Shown piece by piece: positions 32,901 through 43,682 of a DNA stretch of 64,000 bases. Source of the DNA: an uncultured Planctomycetota bacterium. Its GTDB lineage: Bacteria > Planctomycetota > Planctomycetia > Isosphaerales > Isosphaeraceae. The stretch is from assembly GCA_963823665.1 (NCBI GenBank), contig CAWGMQ010000004.1, positions 1,024,001-1,088,000 of the forward strand. Direction: 5' to 3'. Made by a program: the position numbers and the translations under genes. Every line of letters starts with the position of its first letter. Position 1 is the first letter of the stretch. The notes under the pieces were generated by a model that was given only the letters and a program-made list of their open reading frames with translations, made no database searches and was not told the DNA's origin.

Positions 32901-34758
32901 CCGCGGCTCACTTCCCCCTGCGACCGGCGAGGCCAGGCCCAAAACCCTGGCCTTCTCCCCCGACGGCAAGACTCTGGTGACTGGCGCCGCCGATGGGATG
33001 GTGCGTCTGTGGAACTCGGCAACCCTACAGCCGCTCACGGGGTTCAAGGGGCGAAGCGCGATCAATGCCGTGGCATTCAACCCCGACGGCAGCACCCTGT
33101 TTGCTGCCGAACCTCAAGGCTCCGTGCACGCGTGGTCGATTCCCTCAGGTGAGCCGGTTGCCGGCCCAGCCTGGCCCAACACCACGCCCCAAGCGATGGT
33201 TCTCGACCCCTCGGGCCGATCGCTTGCCGTCGCACTTGCGGACGCAACTGTCCGACTCTGGGACGTCGCCGGCCGCGCGGAGATGCACACGCTTCGTGGC
33301 CACTCCGGTGCCGTCCTCGCTCTGGCGTTTTCGCCCGACGGGAAGAGCCTCGCGACTGCCGCCGCCGACCGCACAGTTCGGATCTGGGATGCTCTAGCGG
33401 GCCAGCTCCGCGGAACGCTGGAAGGCCATTCCGCTGCCGTGCTTGGTGTCGCATTCTCGCCCGACGGCCGCACTCTCGCTTCGGTCGGCGCCGATCGTGT
33501 TGTCAAGCTCTGGCGAGGCGTGCCAGGCCCGCAGCCGGCGATGTCGCTCGAGCACTCCGCGGGGGTAAACGCAGTCGCATACGCCCCCGACGGCCAAACC
33601 GTCGCCTCGGCCGGCTCCGACAAAGGCGTCATGCTCTGGGAGATCGCCCGGTTCAAGCCGCACGGCCCGGAGAACCCGCTCGCCCGGTCGCTCATGAACC
33701 CCTCCCACCGCCGGCACCGCGACCTACTCGCTGAGCGGACACGCGACTCCCGTCGCATCCTCGAAAAGCTCGAAGAGCCGATCTCGATGTCGTTCGTCGA
33801 AGAAACCCCGCTCGAGGACATTCTCAGGTACATCACGCAGGCGACTACAACCCCGACCTACAGCGGTATCCCGATCTATGTCGATCCAGCCGGGCTGGAG
33901 GAGGCTGAGAAGACAATGGCTTCGGCGGTACGCCAACTAGACATTGAAGACAGCCCGTTGAAAAGAACGCTGCAGTTGCTCCTCAGTCAGCTCGGTCTGA
34001 CATACCGCGTTGCCGACGGCCGGCTGACGATCACGTCCCAGAATCGGGGCGAGAAGATGTTCGGAGCGACCATCGAGGCTCCACGTCAAAGCGTCAACCT
34101 CGATAACCCGAGAGCTCGCAGAGTCATTAGCGTTCTAGAGCAACCAATCGAGATGAAGTTCGGATCAGGAGTTTCGCTTGAGGATCTTCTCAAGTACATC
34201 AAAACGGCGACGATAACCCCGACCTACAGGGGTATCCCGATCTACGTCGATCCAATCGGTCTGCAGGAGGCGCAGAAGACGATGAGGTCAGAGATCAAAT
34301 ACGACGCAGAAGGGGTGCCACTTCGTCAGTCGCTCTACGAGATACTCAAGCAGCTTCGCATGAGATACGTCGTTGGCGAGGAATTCGTCACGATCACTTC
34401 GGAGGAATCGGAACCGAATCGGAGAATACTTTCGGCCAGCAGCACAAACTGGATCCTCGATCAGCCAATCGAGTTGTCTTTCGTTGAACCGACAGCCCTC
34501 GGGGACGTCATCGAGGTCATCCGGGCCGCAACGAAAGGTCCAGACAGCGACGGGCTGGGCATTCTTTATTTTGGAGAGGTCGGCTCGCAAACCACCAAGG
34601 GCAGCTATGAATCAAAAGGCAAACCTTTGCGCGAGTCGCTCAAGGAGATACTCACGCCGCTGGGGTTGAAATACGTGGTTGAGGGCGCGAGCGTGCTGAT
34701 CGTTTCCGAGGAACAGGCAGGAGTGGTCGGCGCCCGTGGCAATTCGACGCCCAAGTAA
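26915..34758 (+). CDS. giant membrane Ser/Thr kinase: HEPN-like N-domain, kinase, TM, many WD40 repeats, 3 STN-like domains (frameshift near 32350)
   Basis: GRGGMG, VAIK, HRDIKPGN, DLG, SPEQ; TM LASAAAVVFMLAAGGAIAFY; GH...WD repeats continue across the frame change at a C4T5 run. Confidence 0.9.
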
Positions 34759-34848
34759 TACGTAGGTACCGTGTGGGGGCCGCGAGACGGTTTGCGACAC
34801 ACTCCCAGCGAAGGAGCTGTTGACGCTCGGCCCGCTCAAGCAGACGAA

Positions 34849-35706
34849 TCAGCCTCGGCCGTTCGGCTCGGTCAAGACCGTGTAAAACCCCGGTCGCCGG
34901 TCGGCGATTCGGTTGATCTCGTGCCGCCCCGGCACGCGGACCAGCCGTTTCTTTCGAGCGAGTGCCGGGTCGATCTCGGCGAAGAGTGTCTCCTCGGAAT
35001 CGGGCCCGGCCTGGGCCAATCGGCGGCCCGTCGGGTCAACGATCGAGCTCAAACCGATGAACCGGAACCCGCTTTCTTCGCCGACGCGATTCACGGCCAT
35101 CACGTAGACGGTGTTTTCCATCGCGCGGGTGGGGATCATGTGCTCGGCCGCGCATTCGGAATGCGTGGGCCAGTTTGTGGGCAGCACCAGGAGATCGGCA
35201 CCCAGCAGCGACATGACGCGAGCAGGCTCGGGAAAGGCGCCGTCATAACAGATGTGCATACCCACCTTGATGCCGCCGGCGTCGTGAACGGCAAAGGGTG
35301 AGTCGCCGGGGTCGGCGAACATGTCGATCCCGAGATACGGCAGGTGAACCTTGCGGTAGGTGGCGACCACACCCTCCGGGCCCATCAGTATGCACGCGTT
35401 GAACAACCGGCTGCCGTCGCGTTCGAGCAGACCGAAAATGCAGTAACAATCGCGCTTCCGGCAGGCGGCTGCCACACGCGCCACGGGCGCGCTATCGAGG
35501 GTTACGGCATGTGCCATGCCTTCCTCGCGCGACGCGAAGCCGTAGCCGGCCAGGGCGCATTCCGGGAAGACGACAAGACGAGCGCCCTCGCGCGCGGCAT
35601 GCTCGATGCGATCGAGAATTCGCTCAAGATTGACTTCGATCCGCCCGAGCTTCGGCTCCATTTGAACCGCCGCCACGCGGACCCTGGCAGGGCGCTCGTC
35701 CTCCAA
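34849..35706 (-). CDS. carbon-nitrogen hydrolase (nitrilase superfamily)
   Basis: FPE, YRKVHL and ICYD give the Glu-Lys-Cys triad. Confidence 0.92.
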   Translation of the reverse strand: MEDERPARVRVAAVQMEPKLGRIEVNLERILDRIEHAAREGARLVVFPECALAGYGFASREEGMAHAVTLDSAPVARVAAACRKRDCYCIFGLLERDGSRLFNACILMGPEGVVATYRKVHLPYLGIDMFADPGDSPFAVHDAGGIKVGMHICYDGAFPEPARVMSLLGADLLVLPTNWPTHSECAAEHMIPTRAMENTVYVMAVNRVGEESGFRFIGLSSIVDPTGRRLAQAGPDSEETLFAEIDPALARKKRLVRVPGRHEINRIADRRPGFYTVLTEPNGRG

Positions 35707-35723
35707 GATAGCACCTCGATCTT

Positions 35724-37202
35724 TCAGTCCAGCTTGATCGTGACGGTTTTGAGCTCGGTGTAGCGCTCGAGAGCGGCCTCGCCGTTCTCGCGGCCCTGAC
35801 CCGACATCTTGAAGCCGCCAAACGGGGTCGTCGTATCGACAACATGGTAGCAGTTCACCCAGACAGTGCCGGCCTTCACCTTCCTGGCGTAGAGGTGCGC
35901 CTTGTTGATGTCCTTGGTCCAGATGGCCGCCGCCAGTCCGTATTGGGTGCGATTGGAGCGATCAATGACTTCATCGACGCCCTTGAACGGAAGCACACTC
36001 ACGACCGGGCCGAAGATCTCGTCCTTGGCGATCGCCATGTCGTCCTTGACGTTGTCGAAAATCGTGGGCTGCACAAAGAAGCCCTTGGATCCGACGCGCT
36101 CGCCGCCGGTGAGGAGCGTTGCTCCTTGTTTTTCGCCGAGCCGGACGTAGTGCAGGATCTTGTCGAGCTGTTCCTCGGAGACCTGTGGGCCCTGCTGGGT
36201 CTTGGGATCGAGCGGGTCACCGACCTTGCGGCTCTTGGCCTTCTCGGCGAGGCGTTCGACAAACTCGTCGTGGATTTTGTTCTCGACGAAGAGCCGGCTG
36301 CCGGCCGTGCAGCACTGGCCGCCGTGGAAGTAGATCGCGTGGAACGCGCCCTCGACTGCGGCGTTCAGATCCGCGTCGGCGAACACGACGTTGGGGCTCT
36401 TGCCGCCCAGCTCAAAGCTTGTTCGCTTGAGTGTGTCGGCGGCGGCTTTCTGGATGATCTTGGCCGTATCCACGTGCCCGGTAAATGCGATCTTGTCGAC
36501 GTCGGGGTGGGTGACGATGGCGGCGCCGGTTGTTTCACCCATGCCGTTGACGATGTTGAGCACGCCGGGCGGGAAGCCTGCTTCGCGGGCCAGCTCGGCC
36601 ATGCAGAGGGCCGTCAGCGGAGTTTGCTCGGCCGGCTTCATGACGACCGTGTTGCCGCAAGCCACGGCCGGGCCCCACTTCCACGCGAGCATCAAGAGCG
36701 GGAAGTTCCAGGGGATGATCTGGCCGACGACGCCGACCGGCTGGCGCAGGGTATAAGAAAGGAAGTTGCCGCGAACCGGCACGGTGCGGCCCTCGACCTT
36801 GTCGGCCCAGCCGGCGTAGTAGCGCAGGGTGTTGGCGACGCCGACCATGTCGCCCTTCGAGTCGTTGATTGTTTTGCCGCAGTTGAGGGACTCAAGCGCC
36901 GCCAGCTCTTCGGCCTTCTGATCGACGAGATCGGCGAGCTTGAAAAGCAGCCGGCCGCGGTCGGCGGCGTCCATGGTGCTCCAGGGACCGGATTCCAGGG
37001 CCTTCCGCGCGGCCTTCACGGCTTTGTCGACGTCGGCTTTCTCGGCCGCGGCAACCTTCGCCAGCACCTCGCCTGTGGCGGGATTGATCGTCTCGAAGTC
37101 ACCACCGTCGACCGGGTCAACCCACTTGTTGTCTATGAAGAGCTTCGTGAAAGGAATCTTGGTCTTGGGCTTGCTCGGAGCGGCCGCAGTTTTGGTGGGC
37201 AT
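35724..37202 (-). CDS. NAD(P)-dependent aldehyde dehydrogenase
   Basis: PWNFP, KPAEQT, FTG, ELGGKS, GQCCTAG and EIFGP. Confidence 0.97.
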   Translation of the reverse strand: MPTKTAAAPSKPKTKIPFTKLFIDNKWVDPVDGGDFETINPATGEVLAKVAAAEKADVDKAVKAARKALESGPWSTMDAADRGRLLFKLADLVDQKAEELAALESLNCGKTINDSKGDMVGVANTLRYYAGWADKVEGRTVPVRGNFLSYTLRQPVGVVGQIIPWNFPLLMLAWKWGPAVACGNTVVMKPAEQTPLTALCMAELAREAGFPPGVLNIVNGMGETTGAAIVTHPDVDKIAFTGHVDTAKIIQKAAADTLKRTSFELGGKSPNVVFADADLNAAVEGAFHAIYFHGGQCCTAGSRLFVENKIHDEFVERLAEKAKSRKVGDPLDPKTQQGPQVSEEQLDKILHYVRLGEKQGATLLTGGERVGSKGFFVQPTIFDNVKDDMAIAKDEIFGPVVSVLPFKGVDEVIDRSNRTQYGLAAAIWTKDINKAHLYARKVKAGTVWVNCYHVVDTTTPFGGFKMSGQGRENGEAALERYTELKTVTIKLD

Positions 37203-37374
37203 GATCGTTCCTCATCATGGTTTCGGAGAGGTTACGCGATTGAAAACGATCGTCGTCCGCGAGCGGGCGGATGTCAAGTGGCTGGCAGCAAGGCCGGTCT
37301 GCGTGCGCAAACCTTCCTCGCCAGCATGCTCAACTGCCTGGAACTTGACCGTTAGCACTATCGTCCGCATCATC

Positions 37375-37436
37375 GATGCGCAGCCGCGGCAAATCCTTGA
37401 GGTGATCGAGGCCCTCGTCGGTGATCTTCTTCTCGG
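37375..37436 (-). pseudogene. short LRR gene remnant
   Basis: Translates KITDEGLDHLKDLPRL, similar to VSDEGLEHLKELPRL of the LRR gene at 39760-40620. Confidence 0.5.
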
Positions 37437-38186
37437 TCAATGAAGCACGCGGCCCGAGAGCCAGAACGATCCGTGCAAGAGCCCACCTGGAATGGGCTGC
37501 ACCTCGACCAGTTCGGGGTCAGCGACGACGTCGAACTGGCCGCCCAAGGTGTCGACGAGTATCCATTGGAACGGCCTGTTCGACAATTCGTTCGTCCTCA
37601 TCTCCACGTCAAGAATGTGGCCCGTGAAGATTCCATGTGCTTCGGGCGGATTCACGGCATCAACGTCAGGTCCGAACAAGCCAGACGGTATGAACGAACG
37701 CGACGCGAACTTGCAGTCTTCCGGCTGTGAGGCCAGATACTCCGCTTCGGAGCGGAATACCGACAGCTCGTGAGCAAACGCGACAATCTGAGCCTCCGCA
37801 ATGCTGGGCAACTGAAGGCCGCTGTGGCATTGAAAATCCGGCGCGTCGAATACAAAGGGATAGATGCCGCTTGCGGGCTCGTCGCCGTGTGGATCGGCCC
37901 ACGCGTTGAAGGCACCGTCGAACTGACTTCCGCCCGGACGTTCGATGCGATAGGTCAGTCCGACGCGGAGGCGCGACTCCCCGAAAAAATGAGGATTCAA
38001 GCCGACTAAATCATTTTCCTCGTCAACCTGGAGCCACAACTGCGCACCGCTTGACGACGTCCAGCAGAGATAATAGCCGCCCGGCACCTCGATTGCCTCG
38101 GATTCCGCGGCAACCTCGTTCGCCAGGGCAAGGAACTCCTCTTTAGATCTCAATGCGAATCCGATGCTCGACAAGTGGCTGGGCAT
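37437..38186 (-). CDS. hypothetical protein
   Basis: 249-aa acidic ORF ending HGSFWLSGR; no family assigned with confidence. Confidence 0.7.
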   Translation of the reverse strand: MPSHLSSIGFALRSKEEFLALANEVAAESEAIEVPGGYYLCWTSSSGAQLWLQVDEENDLVGLNPHFFGESRLRVGLTYRIERPGGSQFDGAFNAWADPHGDEPASGIYPFVFDAPDFQCHSGLQLPSIAEAQIVAFAHELSVFRSEAEYLASQPEDCKFASRSFIPSGLFGPDVDAVNPPEAHGIFTGHILDVEMRTNELSNRPFQWILVDTLGGQFDVVADPELVEVQPIPGGLLHGSFWLSGRVLH

Positions 38187-38309
38187 AAAAGTGGTCCGTA
38201 AGGATCTTGCGCATGGTGCCCACCTGGCAAACGAGTTGCCACGATCGTACCGTGCTGTGAAAAGGAATGTGAACGGATCATTCTCGGTTCTACTTGGACG
38301 GACTGGACG

Positions 38310-39714
38310 ATGATGAGTGGCACTTCGACCATCGTGTGGTGGCGGAATCGGCGTTTGGTGACGATTTGCTCGGTGATCGGGGGATTGATCGCTGTGTGGC
38401 TGGCCTATGACTTCTGGACCAGGCGATCCACCGAACAGCTTTACCGTGACGCAGTGGCGGCAGCCGGCCGACTCGACCCCAATTGGAGAGCAGGAATCCT
38501 TGGGGAGGCGCCCGCGGAAATACCGGACGACGAGAATTCGGCTCTCTTGGTGTTATCGTCGTACGAGAAGATCCCGGGCGGCTGGCAAGCGCTCAAGGGT
38601 AAGTGGCCGCCGCTCCCGCTTAAACTGCGGCAGCCACTGGCGCCCGACTTGCTGATCGCGCTCAAGAAATCGCGCGAGGAGGCCAAGGCTGGCCTCGCCG
38701 ATGCGCAGTGCGCTCGTGAATCGGCCGCGCGGCAAGTTTCCAGACTGGCGGGTCGAAATGCCGTGGGGGGTGCCGTTGTCGCGCCGAAAGGTCGAGACGG
38801 TGTCAGAGTTGCTCTATGTGGATGCACTCGTCCGCATCGACGAGAGTGATCTCGCGGGGGCGGCCGACGAGATCAAAGCCATCGTGAACGCCGGCCGCGC
38901 GCTCGGGAATGAACCGATGCTGGCGGTGCAGGCCGGGCGGGTGACCGCGGTCGTGACGGCCGTGGCGACGCTCGAACGGCTGCTGGCTCGCGGCGAGCTG
39001 CCGGCGGCTGTCCTCGTCGACTTGCAGAAGCTGTTCGAGGACGAGGCAAGGCACCCCGTGGCCCTGGTCTCGCTGCAAGGCAACCGGGCCGCGGCCGAAA
39101 AGCTCTTCGAAGACGTGCGCACTGGCCGCGCCGGCGTCCCAGCACTGTTTGAATCTCCGTCGCGCGGCTTCCCAGCGATCATTTATACGTGGCGCAGCAT
39201 CCGTGAGAATCAGACCCTTCACCTCACCCACGCAACGCGGATGGTCGAACTCGCCAAGCGGCCCGCTCCCGAACAAGGGCCCGCACTGGAGCAGTACGCT
39301 GACGGCGTTTCCGAACAGAACCTGGGCCTGATCAATCGGATCTACTTGGCTCCGTTTCACGAGAATTTCCGGTTGTCGCTGAACGTCGGCGGCTGGCAAT
39401 CGCGACACCATACCGCCGTGAATCTGGCCGTGCTGGCCCTCGCAAGCGAGCGGTTTCGGCTCGATCACGGGCGCTGGCCCAAATCGGCTGCCGATCTGCT
39501 GCCGGCTTACCTCGAGGCGGTCCCTTACGATCCGTACACCGGCGGGTCGCTCCACTGGAAGCCACTGGGAAAGCGGCTTCTGATTTATTCGGGCAGCGGG
39601 GATCGCGTCGACGGCATGGCTGAGGTGTATACTGCGCGAGGTGTTGGCAAGGATTTCGGATTCGTGCTGGAGCCTCAAGAGGGTCGGCGTGCGGAAGCAG
39701 AATCGGCGCCTTGA
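38310..39714 (+). CDS. membrane-anchored hypothetical protein with pseudopilin-like C-terminal motif (frameshift near 38705)
   Basis: N-terminal TM; C-terminal LASERFRLDHGRWP...VPYDPYTG motif. Confidence 0.65.
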
Positions 39715-39759
39715 AGTGGGCTACGTGCCGTCGAGAGGTCTTGACCCCTGGCCAGCCTA

Positions 39760-40620
39760 TCAGCGTGAGGGATAGATGGCGAGCTCGGGCAATCTGCTCT
39801 TAATCCTCCGGACGCCCGAGGACGTCACCCGTGTCTGCTGCGCGGTCACGTACGAAAGCCGTGGCAATTCTTTGAGATGCTCGAGGCCTTCGTCGCTGAC
39901 GAGGGTGCGGTCGAGGTAAAGCATCCGTAGTTGCGGCAGATCTCTCAGATTTTTCAAACCGGCATCGCCGATGGTCGTGTCGGAAAGCCGGAGCGTCTCG
40001 AGCGCGGTCAAACGACTGATGCTCCGTGCGCCAGCGTCTGTCACGAGCGTGCCTTCGAGTTCAAGGTTCTTCAGCCGAGTCAGACGCTCCACGTAGACCA
40101 GCCCGCCGTCGGTCACGGCTGTGTTTGCCAGGCCGAGAATCGAAAGATTGCTCAATCCCGAGATGTGGCGCAGCCCTTCGTCGGTGATATCGGTCCCTGA
40201 CAGATCGAGCGACCTGAGGTTCTGCAGCCCGTGCAGGTGAACCAGCCCCGAATCCGTCACGTCTGATCCGCCGAGAAGAAGGTACTCGAGCCCGGACAGA
40301 TCGCCGACGTAGGCCAGGACAGGATCGGTGGCGTTCCCACAAAACGAAACGTTGACAACGTGGTCGAGATAGTCGATCCCCATAAAATCGACCAGCCATC
40401 TCGGGCCCGGCTTTTGCCCCAAGACCGTTCCCTCATAGTCATAGCCCACGACCCCACCTGCCCGGAGGATCCCAGCCACGGCTTCACGCTGGATGCGCGC
40501 GCCCCGAACAATCAATCCCAGCCAGGCGCCCAGGATCAGTACGACGACCATCAATCCGCGCACACCGAAATGCAGATAGCTCCACCATGGTCTCGCACTC
40601 GACTTGCCTGACGTGCGCAT
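39760..40620 (-). CDS. leucine-rich repeat protein with N-terminal TM
   Basis: Multiple 24-aa LxxLxLxxTxVTDxGLxxL repeats. Confidence 0.92.
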   Translation of the reverse strand: MRTSGKSSARPWWSYLHFGVRGLMVVVLILGAWLGLIVRGARIQREAVAGILRAGGVVGYDYEGTVLGQKPGPRWLVDFMGIDYLDHVVNVSFCGNATDPVLAYVGDLSGLEYLLLGGSDVTDSGLVHLHGLQNLRSLDLSGTDITDEGLRHISGLSNLSILGLANTAVTDGGLVYVERLTRLKNLELEGTLVTDAGARSISRLTALETLRLSDTTIGDAGLKNLRDLPQLRMLYLDRTLVSDEGLEHLKELPRLSYVTAQQTRVTSSGVRRIKSRLPELAIYPSR

Positions 40621-40632
40621 TGCACCACCGAT

Positions 40633-41532
40633 TTAACGATTGATCTCGTCCCTTCCCGCGAGCTCAACCACTAGCAGGCCGTTATCGCCTCCCAAGAATG
40701 CTTCACTTTTCTTCGGTGCTCGAAAGCGAATGAATTCTTCATCACCGACCTGCATCGTGTGCCCCGGGGCGAGTTGTGCGTGCGAATCGGCCATGTAACG
40801 GAGGATGCTCTCAAACATATCGAAATACCGCTGACCCTCATGGTGTCCATCAGCATGAGCCGCGAAATCGGTCAATCCGAGGAGCGGCGCCCCGTAAGTT
40901 CGCATCCAGACGCCGTCGACTGCCGCAACATCATATTTCACGAACCCACAAAAGAGCATCAACAGGGGGAATTCCCGAAGCTGCTCCATGATATCACCCT
41001 CAGGCTCCCCTCCCGAGAGGGCTTCCGCGGGAAACGATGTCCGGGCCGATTCATTCAACATGGCAATCGCGCCAAACTGCGATAGGACACCGCCTATCGC
41101 CGCCATCGCCAGATACTGCTCATAAGGCGAGCTGTCGTTGCCCGCGTAATACAGAAGCAAGTGGCTGGCGTGCTGGCGAATCTGTGCTTTCAATTCCTGG
41201 CCGTAGTGCGAAGGCGCCAAACATCGTTCCACTGCATCAGCAGGCATCGGCCCGTCAAAGCCGACAAGCTGCACGACGTGCTTCCCCCAGCCAGCCAGTC
41301 CGAACACCGTTCCGCGCTCGAGAAGCCCGGGATCGATCTCGAACCGAGCCCGCTTCATCGAGATGTGATAAGACTGCATTGCCTCGGTCAAGCGCCCCGC
41401 GTCCGGGGTGAACTTCTCTTTGAAAAGCACTTGCAAACCGAGCCGGTTTTGCGTCTTGCGGTTCGCGACGAGGTCACCACCGCGATCGTCCGCCTGAGGT
41501 TCTTTGCCGAAGAATCGCGTCAGGATCCCCAT
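40633..41532 (-). CDS. DUF4261-like protein
   Basis: QHASHLLL and C-terminal WMRTYG..LGLTDF...YM......PGHTM pattern. Confidence 0.6.
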   Translation of the reverse strand: MGILTRFFGKEPQADDRGGDLVANRKTQNRLGLQVLFKEKFTPDAGRLTEAMQSYHISMKRARFEIDPGLLERGTVFGLAGWGKHVVQLVGFDGPMPADAVERCLAPSHYGQELKAQIRQHASHLLLYYAGNDSSPYEQYLAMAAIGGVLSQFGAIAMLNESARTSFPAEALSGGEPEGDIMEQLREFPLLMLFCGFVKYDVAAVDGVWMRTYGAPLLGLTDFAAHADGHHEGQRYFDMFESILRYMADSHAQLAPGHTMQVGDEEFIRFRAPKKSEAFLGGDNGLLVVELAGRDEINR

Positions 41533-41583
41533 TCTCTCACCGATTAAGTCCGCCTTGCCCGGGCTGGACGGCCGGACCACAAT

Positions 41584-41686
41584 GGTCCTCCTATCACCTG
41601 TGATTCTTGTCAGCACGGTCCCATTTCCTCAAGGCGAAACCAGATGAACCGGCAAGTCATTCGAGTGGTTCTTCTTGCGGCGATCA
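41584..41686 (+). repeat. diverged copy of the upstream region and first codons of the BNR gene (42533-42634)
   Basis: GGTCCTC..CACCTGTGATTCTTG.CAGC.CGGTCC.TTTCCTCA..ATG.ACCGGCAA.TCATTCGAG.GGTT occurs at both sites; MNRQVIRVVLLAAI vs MHRQLIRAVVLATI. Confidence 0.85.
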
Positions 41687-41750
41687 TGCGACCAGCATGA
41701 TCGGCACGCAGTTGGTGATCATGATGATGGGTCCGGGAGACTAAAACGGT

Positions 41751-42000
41751 ATGCCTTGGTATGATATCACTTGGAACATTTGAGCCTGGCGGCAATGTCG
41801 AGCACATCGCCGAACATGGCTTAAGCCCGGAGGATGTCGAAGCGGTAATATGCGATCCTTTGGACACGACGGTTAGCCGGAGTTCTGGCCGGCCCGTTGT
41901 TACGGGCTACACCCCAGAAGGTCGACTCATTCTCGTCGTGTACGAACAAGTTGATGACGTTTCGGTCTACCCCGTGAGCGCTTACGAACTAGACGATTGA
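41751..42000 (+). CDS. BrnT/DUF4258-like toxin (frameshift near 41780)
   Basis: MPWYDITWN / EPGGNVEHIAEHGLSPEDVE...SRSSGRP...GYT.EGRLILVVYE...YPVSAY. Confidence 0.7.
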
Positions 42001-42023
42001 AATTCTGTTACGTGGACAATTCG

Positions 42024-42320
42024 ATGACCCACCAAATTCGCAATCGCATCATTCGCGACGCCACGACCGAGGAGAAAGAGCGGCACGGCATGATACGGGC
42101 GGAAATCGATCAAGAACTTCCATCCCTGAAAGAATGGGCTCGAGCGACGGCGACCCGGCACCGTGATCGAATCCCGGTTGGAACTGTGTTCTCGGCTGGC
42201 GAGACGGAAGTGGTTCAAGCGATTGACAGCTACGCTGCATCGCACTCCCTGGCCGGTCGAAGCGCAGTCGTGCGCGAGGCTTTGTCCAAACTCTTGGGCG
42301 TTGAGATCGCGCCGCAGTGA
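42024..42320 (+). CDS. putative antitoxin with C-terminal ribbon-helix-helix
   Basis: Directly follows the toxin; AIDSYAASHSLAGRSAVVREAL is RHH-like. Confidence 0.65.
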   Translation: MTHQIRNRIIRDATTEEKERHGMIRAEIDQELPSLKEWARATATRHRDRIPVGTVFSAGETEVVQAIDSYAASHSLAGRSAVVREALSKLLGVEIAPQ

Positions 42321-42530
42321 GCGATACGCCAGGAGCTGAGCGCTGGCGTTCCCACGAAACCAAAACTGGAAAACGTGGTCGAGACAGTCGATGCCGATGC
42401 AATCCACCAGCCATCACGGCCCCTTCATTCGGCCGGAGGCCGTGCGCTCATAGTCATAGGTCACGACACCGCCCGCCCGGCGGATCGCAGCTACGCCTTC
42501 GCGCTGCTGCCTCAAAACGGCCACACCACA
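42321..42530 (-). pseudogene. N-terminal remnant of an LRR gene paralog
   Basis: QREGVAAIRRAGGVVTYDYE...GP*WLVDCIGIDCLDHV aligns with QREAVAGILRAGGVVGYDYE...GPRWLVDFMGIDYLDHV. Confidence 0.8.
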
Positions 42531-42591
42531 AAGGTCCTCGCGACACCTGTGATTCTTGCCAGCCCGGTCCATTTTCCTCAGGCGGCACCCG

Positions 42592-43668
42592 ATGCACCGG
42601 CAACTCATTCGAGCGGTTGTTCTCGCGACGATCGCGTTCACGCATGTTTCCTCGATCCGCGCCGGCGACCTCACGATCACCCGTGTCTTCGGCCCGGAAA
42701 TCCCCACCGGCCCCTACAAGCACCCCGCCAGCATGACCGAGCTCGCGAACGGCGACCTCTACCTGGTGTACTACGGCGGAGAAGGCGAATACGCGATCGA
42801 AACGGCCGTCTTCGGCTCCCGGCTCAAGAAGGGCGAAGCAAAGTGGAGCGATCCCAAGCCGATCGCTCGCGACCCGTTTCGCTCGGTCGGCAACGGCGTG
42901 ATCTGGGAAGCTCCCGACGGCGGCGTCTGGCTCTTTTACGTCGTTCGGTTCGGCGAGACCTGGTCGAACTCGCGCGTGCAGGTCAAGATCTCACGCGACG
43001 GTGCAGAAACCTGGTCCGACGCGTCCGTGCTCTCGCTCGAAGAAGGAACCATGGTGCGCAACCGGCCCATCGTCCTCTCAGGCGGCGATTACCTGCTGCC
43101 GGTCTACCACGAAACCGGGCACGATCCCGAAAAGGTCGGTGCCGACAGCACGTCGCTCTTCTTACGCTATCAGCCTGCGAAGCGGGCCTGGACCAGAACC
43201 GGCCAGATCCGTTCGCCCAAAGGCAACATCCAGCCCGCTGTCGTTGAGCTCCAAGCCAACCACTTGATCGCCTACTGCCGCCGCGGCGGAGACTACGATC
43301 CAAAGACCATCGGCTACATCGTCCGGGCTGAGTCCTCGGACGGGGGGCTCACGTGGAGCGAAGGCAAGGATTCCGCTTTTCCCAACCCGAACGCGGCCGT
43401 CGAATTCCTCAAGCTCAAGAGCGGCCGGCTGCTGCTCATCTTCAACGACAGCATGACCCGGCGCACGCCGCTCGCCGCCGCGATCTCGGAGGATCAGGAC
43501 CGCACCTGGACGTCGCGCCGGAATATCCGCGAAGGTGAAGGCGACTTCGGATATCCGAGCGCGTTTCAAGCGCGCGACGGGCGGATTCACCTTGTGTTCA
43601 CGTCCGAGAGACGCACCGTCGTCAATCATGCCTTGTTTGATGAAGAGTGGGTCATTCACGGTCATTGA
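42592..43668 (+). CDS. exported BNR/Asp-box (sialidase-like) protein
   Basis: Signal peptide; SRDGAETW, SSDGGLTW, SEDQDRTW and GYPS. Confidence 0.88.
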   Translation: MHRQLIRAVVLATIAFTHVSSIRAGDLTITRVFGPEIPTGPYKHPASMTELANGDLYLVYYGGEGEYAIETAVFGSRLKKGEAKWSDPKPIARDPFRSVGNGVIWEAPDGGVWLFYVVRFGETWSNSRVQVKISRDGAETWSDASVLSLEEGTMVRNRPIVLSGGDYLLPVYHETGHDPEKVGADSTSLFLRYQPAKRAWTRTGQIRSPKGNIQPAVVELQANHLIAYCRRGGDYDPKTIGYIVRAESSDGGLTWSEGKDSAFPNPNAAVEFLKLKSGRLLLIFNDSMTRRTPLAAAISEDQDRTWTSRRNIREGEGDFGYPSAFQARDGRIHLVFTSERRTVVNHALFDEEWVIHGH

Positions 43669-43682
43669 GACGAACAGGACCG

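Noticed and set aside
35844..37355. 503-aa plus-strand ORF
   Set aside because: Antisense shadow of the aldehyde dehydrogenase, typical of high-GC DNA
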